A stretch of 64,000 bases of DNA from the NCBI GenBank assembly GCA_964016885.1, contig OZ024740.1:7688001-7752000 (forward strand), in the 5' to 3' direction. Of this stretch, positions 27,901 to 40,625 are shown one piece after another. Under the pieces are notes generated by a model, which saw only the letters and a list, made by a program, of their open reading frames with translations, did not search any database and was not told where the DNA came from. This DNA comes from Eledone cirrhosa (taxonomy: Eukaryota). How positions within the stretch are numbered: position 1 is the first letter of the stretch; each line of letters begins with the position of its first letter. A program made the position numbers and the translations under genes.

Positions 27901-30900
27901 TATGTCAGTTTCGATTGGTATGTCAGATGCTAGTGGTATATCAGTTTCGATTGCTATGTCAGTTTCTATTGGCATGTCAGTTTCGATTATTATATCAGTT
28001 ACTATTTGTATCTCAGTTTCGATTTGTATGTCAGTTTCGATTGGTATATCAGTTACGATTGGTATGTCAGTTTCTATTGGTATATCAGTTTCTATTGGTA
28101 TGTCAGTTACTATAGGTATGTCAGTTTCTATTGGTATATTAGTTTCGATTGGTATGTCAGTTTCTATTTGTTTGTCAGTTTCGATTATTATATCAGTTAC
28201 TATTGGTATGTCAGTTTCGATTGGTATAACAGTTTCGATTGGTATATCAGTTTCGATTGGTATGTCAGTTTCGATTGGTATGTCAGTTTCGATTGGTATA
28301 TCAGTTTCTATTTGTATGACAGTTTCGATTGGTATATCAGTTTCGATTGGTATGTCAGTTTGGATTGGTATGTCAGTTTGGATTGGTATGTCAATTTCGA
28401 TTGGTATATCAGTTTTGATTGGTATGTCAGTTTCTAATTGTATATCAGTCTCGATTGGTATATCAGTTTCGATTGGTATGTCATTTTCTATTGGTATGTC
28501 AGTTTCTATTGGTATCGCATTTTCGATTGGTATGTCAGTTTCGATTAGTATGTCAATTTCTATTGGTATGTCAGTTTCTATTGGTATGTCTGTTTCTAGT
28601 AGTATATCAGTTTTTATTGGTATATCAGTTTCGATTGGTATGCCAGTTTCTATTGGTATATCAGTTTTTATTGGTATATCAGTTTCAATTAGTATGTCAG
28701 TTTCTATTTGTATATCAGTTTCGATTGGTATGTCAGTTTCAATTGGTATGTCAATTTCTATTGGTATGTCAGTTTCTATTGGTATATCAGTTTCGATTGG
28801 TATGTCAGTTTCGATTGGTATGTCAGTTTCGATTGGTATGTCAGTTTCGATTGGTATATCAGTCTCGAATGGTATGTCAATCTCGATTGGTATGTCAGTT
28901 TCAATTGGTATGTCAATTTCTATTGGTATGTCAGTTTCTATTGGTATATCAGTTTCGATTGGTATGTCAGTTTCGATTGGTATATCAGTTTCGATTGGTA
29001 TGTCAGTTTCGATTGGTATATCAGTTTCGATTGGTATATCAGTTTCTATTGCTATGTCAGTTTCTATTGGTATGTCAGTTTCGATTGGTATGTCAGTTGT
29101 TATTGGTATATCAGTTTCAATTGGTATGTCAGTTTCGATTGGTATATCAGTTTCGATAGGAATGTCAGTTTCTATTGGTATATCAGTTTCGATTGGTATG
29201 ACAGTTTCGATTGATATATCAGTTTCGATTGGTATGTCAGTTTCGATTGGTATATCAGTTTCGATTGGTATATCAGTTTCGATTGGTATATCAGTTTCGA
29301 TTGGTATATCAGTTTCTATTGGTATGTCTGTTTTGATTGGTATATCAGTTTTGATTAGAATGACAGTTTCGATTGGTATGTCAGTTTCGATTGGTATATC
29401 AGTTTCGATTGGTATATCAGTTTCGATTGGTATGTCAGTTTCGAATGGTATGTCAGTTTCTATTGGTATATCACTTTCGATTGATATATCAGTTTCGATT
29501 AGTATGTCAGTTTCTAATGGTATGTCAGTTTCGATTTGTATATCAGTTTCTATTGGTATGTCAGTCTCGATTGGTATATCAGTTTCGAATAGTATGTCAG
29601 TTTGGATTGGTATGTGAGTTTCTATTTGTAAGTCAGCTTCTATTCGTATATCAGTTTCGATTGGTATATCTGTTTCGATTAGTATATGAGTTTCGATTGG
29701 TATGTCATTTTCGATTAGTATATCAGTTTCTATTGGTATGTCAGTTTCGATTGGTATGTCAGATTCTATTAGTATATCAGTTTCGATTGGTATATCAGTT
29801 TCGATTGGTATATCAGTTTTGATTGGTATATCAGTTTCTATTGGTATATCAATTTCTATTGGTATGTCAGTTTTGATTGGTATATCAGTTTCGATTAGAA
29901 TGTCAGTTTCGATTGGTATGTCAGTTTCGATTGGTATATCAGTTTCGATAGGTATATCAGTTTCGATTGGTATGTCAGTTTTGATTGGTATATCAGTTTC
30001 TATTGCTATATCAGTTTCTGTTGGTATGTCAGTTTCGATTGGTATGTCAGTTTCTATTGGTATATCAGTTTCTATTGGTATGTCAATTTTTTATTGGTAT
30101 ATCAGTTTCGATTAGAATGTCATTTTCGATTGGTATGTCAGTTTCGATTGGTATATCAGTTTCGATAGGTATATCAGTTTCGATTGGTATGTCAGTTTTG
30201 ATTGGTATATCAGTTTCTATTGCTATATCAGTTTCTGTTGGTATGTCAGTTTCGATTCATATGTCAGTTTCGATTAGTATATCAGTTTCTATTGGTATGT
30301 CAGTTTCTATTTGTATATCAGTTTTGATTGGTATATCAGTTTCTATTGGTATGTCAGTTTCGATTGGTATTTCAGTTGCTATTGGTATATCAGTTTTGAT
30401 TGGTATATCAGTTTCAATTAGTATGTCAGTTTCTATTGGTATATCAGTTTCGATTGGTATATCAGTTTCGATTAGTATGTGAATTTCTATTGGTATGTCA
30501 GTTTCTATTGGTTTATCAGTTTTGATTCCTATATCAGTTTCAATTAGTAAGTCAGTTTCTATTGGTATATTATTTTCGATTGCTATGTCAGTTGCTATTG
30601 GTATATCAACTTCGATTGGTATGTCAGCTTCTATTGGTATGTCAGTTTCTATTGGTATATCAGTTTCGATAGGTATGTGAGTTTCGATTATTATATCAGT
30701 TACTATTGTTATCTCAGTTTCGATATGTATGTCAGTTTCGATTGGTATATCAGTTACGATTGGTATGTCACTTTCTGTTGGTATATCAGTTTCTATTGGT
30801 ATGTCAGTTTCGATAGGTATGTCAGTTTTTATTGGTATATCAGTTTCGATTGGTATGTCAGTTTCTATTGGTTTGTCAGTTTCGATTGGTATTTCATTTT

Positions 30901-33900
30901 CTATTGGTATATCAGTTTCCATTGGTAGGTCAGTTTCTATTGGTATGACAGTTTCTATTAGTATACCAGTTTCTATTGGTATGTCAGTTTCGATTAGCAT
31001 GACAATTTCCATTGGTATGTCAGTTTCTATTGGTATGTATGTTTCTATTAGTATATCAGTTTTGATTGGTATATCAGTTTCGATTGGTATGTCAGTTTCT
31101 ATTGATATATCAGTTTTGATTAGTATATCAGTTTCAATTAGTATGTCAGTTTCTATTGGTATATCAGTTTCGATTGGTATATCAGTTTCGATTAGTATGT
31201 CAATTTCTATTGGTATGTCAGTTTCGATTGGTATTTCAGTTGCTATTGGTATATCAGTTTCCATTGGTAGGTCAGTTTCTATTGGTAGGTCAGTTTCTAT
31301 TGGTATACCAGTTTCGACTGGTATGTCAGTTTCGATTAGTATGTCAATTTCTACTGGTATGTCAGTTTCTATTGGTATGTATGTTTCTATTAGTATATCA
31401 GTTTTGATTGGTATATCAGTTTCGATTGGTATGTCAGTTTCTATTGGTATATCAGTTTTTATTGGTATATCAGTTTCTATTGGTATGTCAGTTTCGATTG
31501 GTATGTCAGTTTCGATTGGTATGTCAGTTTCGATTGGTATATCAGTCTCGAATGGTATGTCAATCTCGATTGGTATGTCGGTTTCAATTGGTATGTCATT
31601 TTCTATTGGTATATCAGTTTCGATTGGTATGTCAGTTTCGATTGGTATATCAGTTTCGATTGGTATGTCAGTTTCGATCGGTATATCAGTTTAGATTGGT
31701 ATATCAGTTTCTATTGTTATATCAGTTTCTATTGGTATGTCAGTTTCGATTGGTATCTCAGTTGTTATTGGTATATCAGTTTCGATTGGTATGTCAGTTT
31801 CTATTGGTATGTCAGTTTCGATTATTATATCAGTTACTATTGGTATCTCGGTTTCGATTTGTATGTCAGTTTTTATTGGTATATCAGTTTCGATTGGTAT
31901 GATAGTTTCGATTGATATATCAGTTTCGATTGGTATGTCAGTTTCGATTCGTATATCAGTTTCGATTGGTATGTCAGCTTTGATTGGTATGTCAGTTTCA
32001 ATTGGTATATCAGTTTCTATTGGTATGACAGTTTCGATTGATATATCAGTTTTGATTGGTATGTCAGTTTGGATTGGTATGTCAGTTTCGATTGGTATGT
32101 CAGATTCTATTGGTATATCATTTTCGATTGGTATATCAGTTTCGATTGGTATATCAGTTTCGATTGGTATATGAGTTTCGATTGGTATGTCATTTTCGAT
32201 TAGTATATCAGTTTCTATTGGTATGTCAGTTTCGATTGGTATGTCAGATTCTATTAGTATATCAGTTTCGATTGGTATATCAGTTTCGATTGGTATATCA
32301 GTTTTGATTGGTATATCAGTTTCTATTGGTATATCAATTTCTATTGGTATGTCAGTTTTGATTGGTATATCAGTTTCGATTAGAATGTCAGTTTCGATTG
32401 GTATGTCAGTTTCGATTGGTATATCAGTTTCGATAGGTATATCAGTTTCGATTGGTATGTCAGTTTTGATTGGTATATCTGTTTCGATTGGTATATCAGT
32501 TTCGTTTGGTATGTCAGTTTCTATTGGTATATCAGTTTTCATTAGTATATCAGTTTCGATTGGTATGTTACTTTCGTTTATTATATCAGTTACTATTGGT
32601 ATGTCAGTTTCGATTGAAAAGTCAGTTTCGATTGGTATGTCAGTTTCTATTGGTATATCTGTTTCGATTGGTATGTCAGTTTCGATTAGTATATCAATTT
32701 CTATAGGTATGTCAGTTTCTATTGGTATATCAGTTTTGATTGGTATATCAGTTTCGATTGGTATGTAAGTTTCGAATGGTATGTCAGTTTCTATTGGTAT
32801 ATCAGTTTTGATTGATATATCAGTTTCGATTAGTATGTCAGTTTCTAATGGTATGTCAGTTTCGATTAGTATATCAGTTTCTATTGGTATGTCAGTTTCG
32901 ATTGGTATGTCAGTTTCGATTGGTATATCAGTTTCGATTGGTATGTCAGTTTCTATTGGTATATCAGTTTCTATTGGCATGTCAGTTTCGATTGGTATGT
33001 CAGTTTCAATTGGTATGTCAATTTCGATGGGTATATCAGTTTCGATTAGTATGTCAGTTTCTTTTGGTATGTCAGTTTCGATTATTATATCTGTTTTGAT
33101 TGGTATATCAGTTTCTAATGGCATGTCAGTTTCGATTGATATGTCACTTTCAATTGGTATGCCAATTTTGATTGGTATATCAGTTTCGATTTGTATATCA
33201 GTTTCTATTGGTATGTCAGTTTCGATTATTATATCAGTTACTATTGGTATGTCAGTTCGGATTGGTATGTCTGTTTGTATTGGTATGTCAGTTTCGATTG
33301 GTATGTCAGTTTCGATTGGTATGTCAATTTCGATTGGTATATCAGTTTCAATTAGTATGTTAGTTTCTATTGGTATATCAGTTTCGATTGGTATGTCAGT
33401 TTCGATTAGTATGTCAATTTCTATTGGTATGTCAGCCTCTATTGGTATATCAGTTTCGATTGGTATGTCAGTTTCGATTGGTATGTCAGTTTCGATTGGT
33501 ATATCAGTTTCGATTGTTATATCAGTTTCTATAGCTATATCAGTTTCTATTGGTATGTCAGTTTCGATTGGTATGTCAGATGCTAGTGGTATATCAGTTT
33601 CGATTGGTATGTCAGTTTCTATTGGCATGTCAGTTTTGATTATTATATCAGTTACTATTTGTATCTCAGTTTCGATTTGTATGTCAGTTTCGATTGGTAT
33701 ATCAGTTACGATTGGTATGTCAGTTTCTATTGGTATATCAGTTTCTATTGGTATGTCAGTTTCTATAGGTATGTCAGTTTCTATTGGTATATTAGTTTCG
33801 ATTGGTATGTCAGTTTCTATTTGTTTGTCAGTTTCGATTATTATATCAGTTACTATTGGTATGTCAGTTTCGATTGGTATAACAGTTTCGATTGGTATGT

Positions 33901-36300
33901 CAGTTTGGATTGGTATGTCAGTTTGGATTGGTATGTCAATTTCGATTGGTATATCAGTTTTGATTGGTATGTCAGTTTCTAATTGTATATCAGTCTCGAT
34001 TGGTATATCAGTTTCGATTGGTATGTCAGTTTCGATTAGTATGTCAATTTCTATTGGTATGTCAGTTTCTATTGGTATGTCTGTTTCTAGTAGTATATCA
34101 GTTTTTATTGGTATATCAGTTTCGATTGGTATGCCAGTTTCTATTGGTATATCAGTTTTTATTGGTATATCAGTTTCAATTAGTATGTCAGTTTCTATTT
34201 GTATATCAGTTTCGATTGGTATGTCAGTTTCAATTGGTATGTCAATTTCTATTGGTATATCAGTTTCTATTGGTATATCAGTTTCGATTGGTATGTCAGT
34301 TTCGATTGGTATGTCAGTTTCGATTGGTATGTCAGTTTCGATTGGTATATCAGTCTCGAATGGTATGTCAATCTCGATTGGTATGTCAGTTTCAATTGTA
34401 TGTCAATTTCTATTGGTATGTCAGTTTCTATTGGTATATCAGTTTCGATTGGTATGTCGGTTTCGATTGGTATATCAGTTTCGATTGGTATGTCAGTTTC
34501 GATTGGTATATCAGTTTCGATTGGTATATCAGTTTCTATTGCTATGTCAGTTTCTATTGGTATGTCAGTTTCGATTGGTATGTCAGTTGTTATTGGTATA
34601 TCAGTTTCGATTGGTATGTCAGTTTCTATTGGTATGTCAGTTTCGATTATTATATCAGTTACTATTGGTATCTCGGTGTCGATTTGTATGTCAGTTTCGA
34701 TTGGTATATCAGTTTCGATAGGAATGTCAGTTTCTATTGGTATATCAGTTTCGATTGGTATGACAGTTTCGATTGATATTTCAGTTTCGATTGGTATGTC
34801 AGTTTCGATTGGTATATCAGTTTTGATTGGTATGTCAGCTTCGATTGGTATGTCAGTTTCGATTGGTATATCAGTTTCTATTGGTATGACAGTTTCGATT
34901 GATATATCAGTTTCGATTGGTATGTCAGTTTGGATTTGTATGTCAGTTTCGATTGGTATGTCAGATTCTATTGGTATATCATTTTCGATTGGTATATCAG
35001 TTTCGATTGGTATATCAGTTTCGATTGGTATATCAGTTTCTATTCGTATGTCTGTTTTGATTGGTATATCAGTTTCGATTAGAATGACAGTTTCGATTGG
35101 TATGTCAGTTTCTATTGGTATATCAGTTTCGATTGGTATATCAGTTTCGTTTGGTATGTCAGTTTCTATTGGTATATCAGTTTCTATTGGTATGTCAGTT
35201 TTTATTGGTATATCAGTTTCGATTAGAATGTCATTTTCGATTGGTATGTCAGTTTCGATTGGTATATCAGTTTCGATAGGTATATCAGTTTCGATTGGTA
35301 TGTCAGTTTTGATTGGTATATCAGTTTCTATTGCTATATCAGTTTCTGTTGGTATGTCAGTTTCGATTCATATGTCAGTCTCGATTAGTATATCAGTTTC
35401 TATTGGTATGTCAGTTTCTATTTGTATATCAGTTTTGATTGGTATATCAGTTTCTATTGGTATGTCAGTTTCGATTGGTATTTCAGTTGCTATTGGTATA
35501 TCAGTTTTGATTGGTATATCAGTTTCAATTAGTATGTCAGTTTCTATTGGTATATCAGTTTCGATTGGTATATCAGTTTCGATTAGTATGTCAATTTCTA
35601 TTGGTATGTCAGTTTCTATTGGTATGTCAGATGCTAGTGGTATATCAGTTTCGATTGGTATGTCAGTTTCTATTGGCATGTCAGTTTCGATTATTATATC
35701 AGTTACTATTTGTATCTCAGTTTCGATTTGTATGTCAGTTTCGATTGGTATATCAGTTACGATTGGTATGTCAGTTTCTATTGGTATATCAGTTTCTATT
35801 GGTATGTCAGTTTCTATAGGTATGTCAGTTTCTATTGGTATATTAGTTTCGATTGGTATGTCAGTTTCTATTGGTTTGTCAGTTTCAATTATTATATCAG
35901 TTACTATTGGTATGTCAGTTTCGATTGGTATAACAGTTTCGATTGGTATATCAGTTTCGATTGGTATGTCAGTTTCGATTGGTATGTCAGTTTCGATTGG
36001 TATATCAGTTTCTATTTGTATGACAGTTTCGATTGGTATATCAGTTTCGATTGGTATGTCAGTTTGGATTAGTATGTCAGTTTGGATTGGTATGTCAATT
36101 TCGATTGGTATATCAGTTTTGATTGGTATGTCAGTTTCTAATTGTATATCAGTTTCGATTGGTATATCAGTTTCGATTGGTTTGTCAGTTTCGATTGATA
36201 TATCAGTTTCGATTGGTATGTCAGTTGCTAGTTGGTATATCAGTTTCCATTGGTAGGTCAGTTTCTATTGGTATGTCAGTTTCTATTGGTATCGCAGGTT
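13900..36300. repeat. Imperfect ~5.4-6.9 kb macro-repeat, about four diverged and partly rearranged copies
   Basis: Marker GATGCTAGTGG at 15936, 21624, 27926, 33579, 35630. Marker GAAAAGTC at 14901, 20589, 26007, 26873, 32616. ORF offsets 5688, 5508, 5418, 6302, 6915, 5653. Confidence 0.85.
16230..17595. repeat. Further copy of block ~12540-13905 (offset 3690 = 205 monomers); it continues as a copy of the ~11965 region (offset 5616)
   Basis: ORF pairs 12901/16591, 13208/16898, 13707/17397 and 11965/17581. Confidence 0.85.
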
Positions 36301-36949
36301 CGATTGGTATGTCAGTTTCGATTAGCATGTCAGTTTCTGTTGGTATGTCAGTTTCTATTGGTATCTCTGTTTCTAGTAGTATATCAGTTTTTATTGGTAT
36401 ATCAGTTTCGATTGGTATGTCAGTTTCTATTGGTATATCAGTTTTTATTGGTATATCAGTTTCAATTAGTATGTCAGTTTCTATTTGTATATCAGTTTCG
36501 ATAGGTATGTCAGTTTCAATTGGTATATCAGTTTCGATAGGTATGTCAGTTTCTATTGGTATATAAGTTTCGATTGGTATGACAGTTTCGATTGATATAT
36601 CAGTTTCGATTGGTATGTCAGTTTCGATTGGTATATCAGTTTTGATTGGTATGTCAATCTCGATTGGTATGTCAGTTTCAATTGGTATATCAGTTTCTAT
36701 TGGTATGACAGTTTCGATTGATGTATCAGTTTCGATTGGTATGTCAGTTTGGATTGGTATGTCAGTTTCGATTGGTATGTCAGATTCTATTGGTATATCA
36801 TTTTCGATTGGTATATCAGTTTCGATTGGTATATCAGTTTCGATTGGTATATCAGTTTCTATTGGTATGTCTGTTTTGATTGGTATATCTGTTTCGATTA
36901 GAATGTCAGTTTCGATTGGTATGTCAGTTTCGATTGGTATATCAGTTTC

Positions 36950-39900
36950 GATTGGTATATCAGTTTCGATTGGTATGTCAGTTTCGAATGGTATGTCAGT
37001 TTCTATTGGTATATCAGTTTCGATTGATATATCAGTTTCGATTCGTATGTCAGTTTCTAATGGTATGTCAGTTTCGATTTGTATATCAGTTTCTATTGGT
37101 ATGTCAGTCTCGATTGGTATATCAGTTTCGATTGGTATGTCAGTTTCTATTGGTATGTCAGTTTCAATTGGTATATCAGTTTCTATTGGTATGACAGTTT
37201 CGATTGGTATATCAGTTTCGAATAGTATGTCAGTTTGGATTTGTATGTCTGTTTCGATTGCTATATCAGTTTCGATTGGTATATCAGTTTTGATTGTTAT
37301 GTCAGTTTCGATTATTAAATCAGTTACTATTGGTATGTCAGTTTCGATTGGAATGACAGTTTCGATTGGTATGTCTGTTTCGATTGGTATGTCAGCTTCG
37401 ATTAGTATATCAGTTTCTATAAGTATGTCAGTTTCGATTGATATATCAGTTTCGATTAGTATGTCAGTCTCTAATGGTATGTCAGTTTCGATTAGTATTT
37501 CAGTTTGTATTCGTATGTCAGTTTCGATTGGTATGTCAGATTCGATTGGTATATCAGTTTCGATTGGTATATCAGTTACGATTGGTATTTCAGTTTCGAT
37601 TGGTATGTCAGTTTCTATTGGTACATTAGTTTCTATTGGTATGTCAGTTTCGATTGGTATGTCAGTTCCGATTGGTATATCAATTTCGATTGGTATATCA
37701 GTTTCGATTGGTATGTCAGTTTCTATTGGTATATCAGTGTCTATTCGTATGTCAGTTTCGATAGGTATGTCAGTTTCTATTGGTATACCAGTTTCGATTG
37801 GTATGTCAGTTTCGATTAGTATATCAGTTTCTATTGGTATGTCAGTTTCGATTGGTATGTCAGATTCTATTGGTATATCAGTGTTGATTGGTATATCAGT
37901 TTCGATTGGTATATCAGTTTCTATTGGTATGACAGTTTCTATTTGTATATCAGTTTCTATTCGTATGTCAGTTTCGATAGGTATGTCAGTTTCTGTTGGT
38001 ATATCAGTTTCGATTGGTATGTCAGTTTCGATTAGTATATCAGTTTCTATTGGTATGTCAGTTTCGATTGGTATGTCAGATTCTATTGGTATATCAGTTT
38101 TGATTGGTATATCAGTTTCGATTGGTTTGTAAGTTTCGATTGGTATGTCAGATTCCATTGGTATATCAGTTTCGAATCGTATGTCAGTTTCTATTGGTAT
38201 GTCAGTTTCGATTGGTATGTCAGTTTCGTTTGGTATGTCAATTTCGATTGGTATATCAATTTTGATTAGTATGTCAGTTTCTATTGGTATATCAGTTTCG
38301 AATGGTATATCAGTTTCGATTGGTATGTCAGTTTCGAATGGTATATCAGTTTCTATTGGTATGTCAGTTTCGATTGGTATATCAGTTTCGATTGGTATGT
38401 CAGTTTCGATTGGTATATCAGTTTCTATTGGTATATCAGTTTCGATTGGTATATCAGTTTCGATTGGTATGTCAGTTTCGATTAGTATATCAGTTTCTAT
38501 TGGTATGTCAGTTTCGATTGGTATGTCGGATTCTATTTGTATATCAGTTTCGATTGGTATATCAGTTTCGATTGGTATGTCAGTTTCGATTAGTATATCA
38601 GTTTCTATTGGTATGTCAGTTTCGATTGGTATGTCAGATTCTATTGGTATATCAGTTTTGATTGGTATGTCAGTTTCGATTGGTATATCAGTTTCGATTG
38701 GTATGTCAGTTTCGAATGGTATGTCAGTTTCTATTGGTATATCAGTTTCGATTGATATATTAGTTTCGATTCGTATGTCAGTTTCTAATGGTATGTCAGT
38801 TTCGATTTGTATATCAGTTTCTATTGGTATGTCAGTCTCGATTGGTATATCAGTTTCGATTGGTATGACAGTTTCTATTGGTATGTCAGTTTCAATTGGT
38901 ATATCAGTTTCTATTGGTATGACAGTTTCGATTGGTATATCAGTTTCGAATAGTATGTCAGTTTGGATTGGTATGTCAGTTTCGATTGGTATGTCAGTTC
39001 CGAATGGTATGTCAGATTCTATTGGTATATCAGTTTCGATTGTTATATCAGTTTCGATTGGTATATCAATTTCGATTGGTATATCAGTTTCTATTGGTAT
39101 ATCAGTTTCTATTGGTATGTCCGTTTTGATTGGTATATCAGTTTCGATTAGTACGTCAGTTTCGATTGGTATGTCTGTTTCGATTGCTATATCAGTTTCG
39201 ATTGGTATATCAGTTTTGATTGTTATGTCAGTTTCGATTATTAAATCAGTTACTATTGGTATGTCAGTTTCGATTGGAATGTCAGTTTCGATTGGTATGT
39301 CTGTTTCTATTGGTATCTCTGTTTCGATTGGTATGTCAGCTTCGATTAGTATATCAGTTTCTATAAGTATGTCAGTTTCGATTGATATATCAGTTTCGAT
39401 TAGTATGTCAGTTTCTAATGGTATGTCAGTTTCGATTAGTATTTCAGTTTGTATTCGTATGTCAGTTTCGATTGGTATGTCAGATTCGATTGGTATATCA
39501 GTTTCGATTGGTATATCAGTTTCGATTGGTATTTCAGTTTCGATTGGTATGTCAGTTTCTATTGGTATATTAGTTTCTATTGGTATGTCAGTTTCGATTG
39601 GTATGTCAGTTCCAATTGGTATATCAATTTCGATTGGTATATCAGTTTCGATTGGTATGTCAGTTTCTATTGGTATATCACTGTCTATTCATATGTCAGT
39701 TTCGATAGGTGTGTCAGTTTCTATTGGTATATCAGTTTCGATTGGTATGTCAGTTTCGATTAGTATATCAGTTTCTATTGGTATGTCAGTTTCGATTGGT
39801 ATGTCAGATTCTATTGGTATATCAGTGTTGATTGGTATATCAGTTTCGATTGGTATATCAGTTTCTATTGGTATGTCAGTTTCTATTGGTATATCAGTTT

Positions 39901-40210
39901 CTATTCATATGTCAGTTTCGATAGGTATGTCAGTTTCTGTTGGTATATCAGTTTCGATTGGTATGTCAGTTTCGATTAGTATATCAGTTTCTATTGGTAT
40001 GTCAGTTTCGATTGGTATGTCAGATTCTATTGGTATATCAGTTTTGATTGGTATATCAGTGTCGATTGGTTTGTAAGTTTCGATTGGTATGTCAGATTCC
40101 ATTGGTATATCAGTTTCGAATCGTATGTCAGTTTCTATTGGTATGTCAGTTTCGATTGGTATGTCAGTTTCGTTTGGTATGTCAATTTCGATTGGTATAT
40201 CAATTTTGAT
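36950..40210. repeat. Tandem duplication ~36950-38265 / ~38680-40210, offsets 1728, 1926 and 1944 (96, 107, 108 monomers)
   Basis: ATTCGTATGTCAGTTTCTAATGG at 37041/38769; ATTATTAAATC at 37311/39237; GGTTTGTAAG at 38124/40068; ORF pairs 37438/39382 and 38145/40089. Confidence 0.87.
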
Positions 40211-40211
40211 T

Positions 40212-40625
40212 AGTATATCAGTTTCTATTGGTATGTCAGTTTCGATTGGTATGTCAGATTCTATTGGTATATCAGTTTCGATTGGTATATCAGTTTCGAT
40301 TGGTATGTCAGTTTCGATTAGTATATCAGTTTCTATTGGTATGTCAGTTTCGATTGGTATGTCAGATTCTATTGGTATATCAGTTTCGATTGGTATATCA
40401 GTTTCGATTGGTATGTCAGTTTAGATTAGTATATCAGTTTCTATTGGTATGTCAGTTTCGATTGGTATGTCAGATTCTATTGGTATATCAGTTTCGATTG
40501 GTATATCAGTTTCGATTGGTATGTCAGTTTCGATTAGTATATCAGTTTCTATTGGTATGTCAGTTTCGATTGGTATGTCAGATTCTATTGGTATATCAGT
40601 TTCGATTGGTATATAAGTTTCGATT
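40212..40625. repeat. 108-bp (6-monomer) higher-order repeat, ~4 copies
   Basis: Variant GATTCT at 40257, 40365, 40473 and 40581 (exact 108-bp spacing), each with an AGTATA variant two monomers upstream. Confidence 0.92.
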
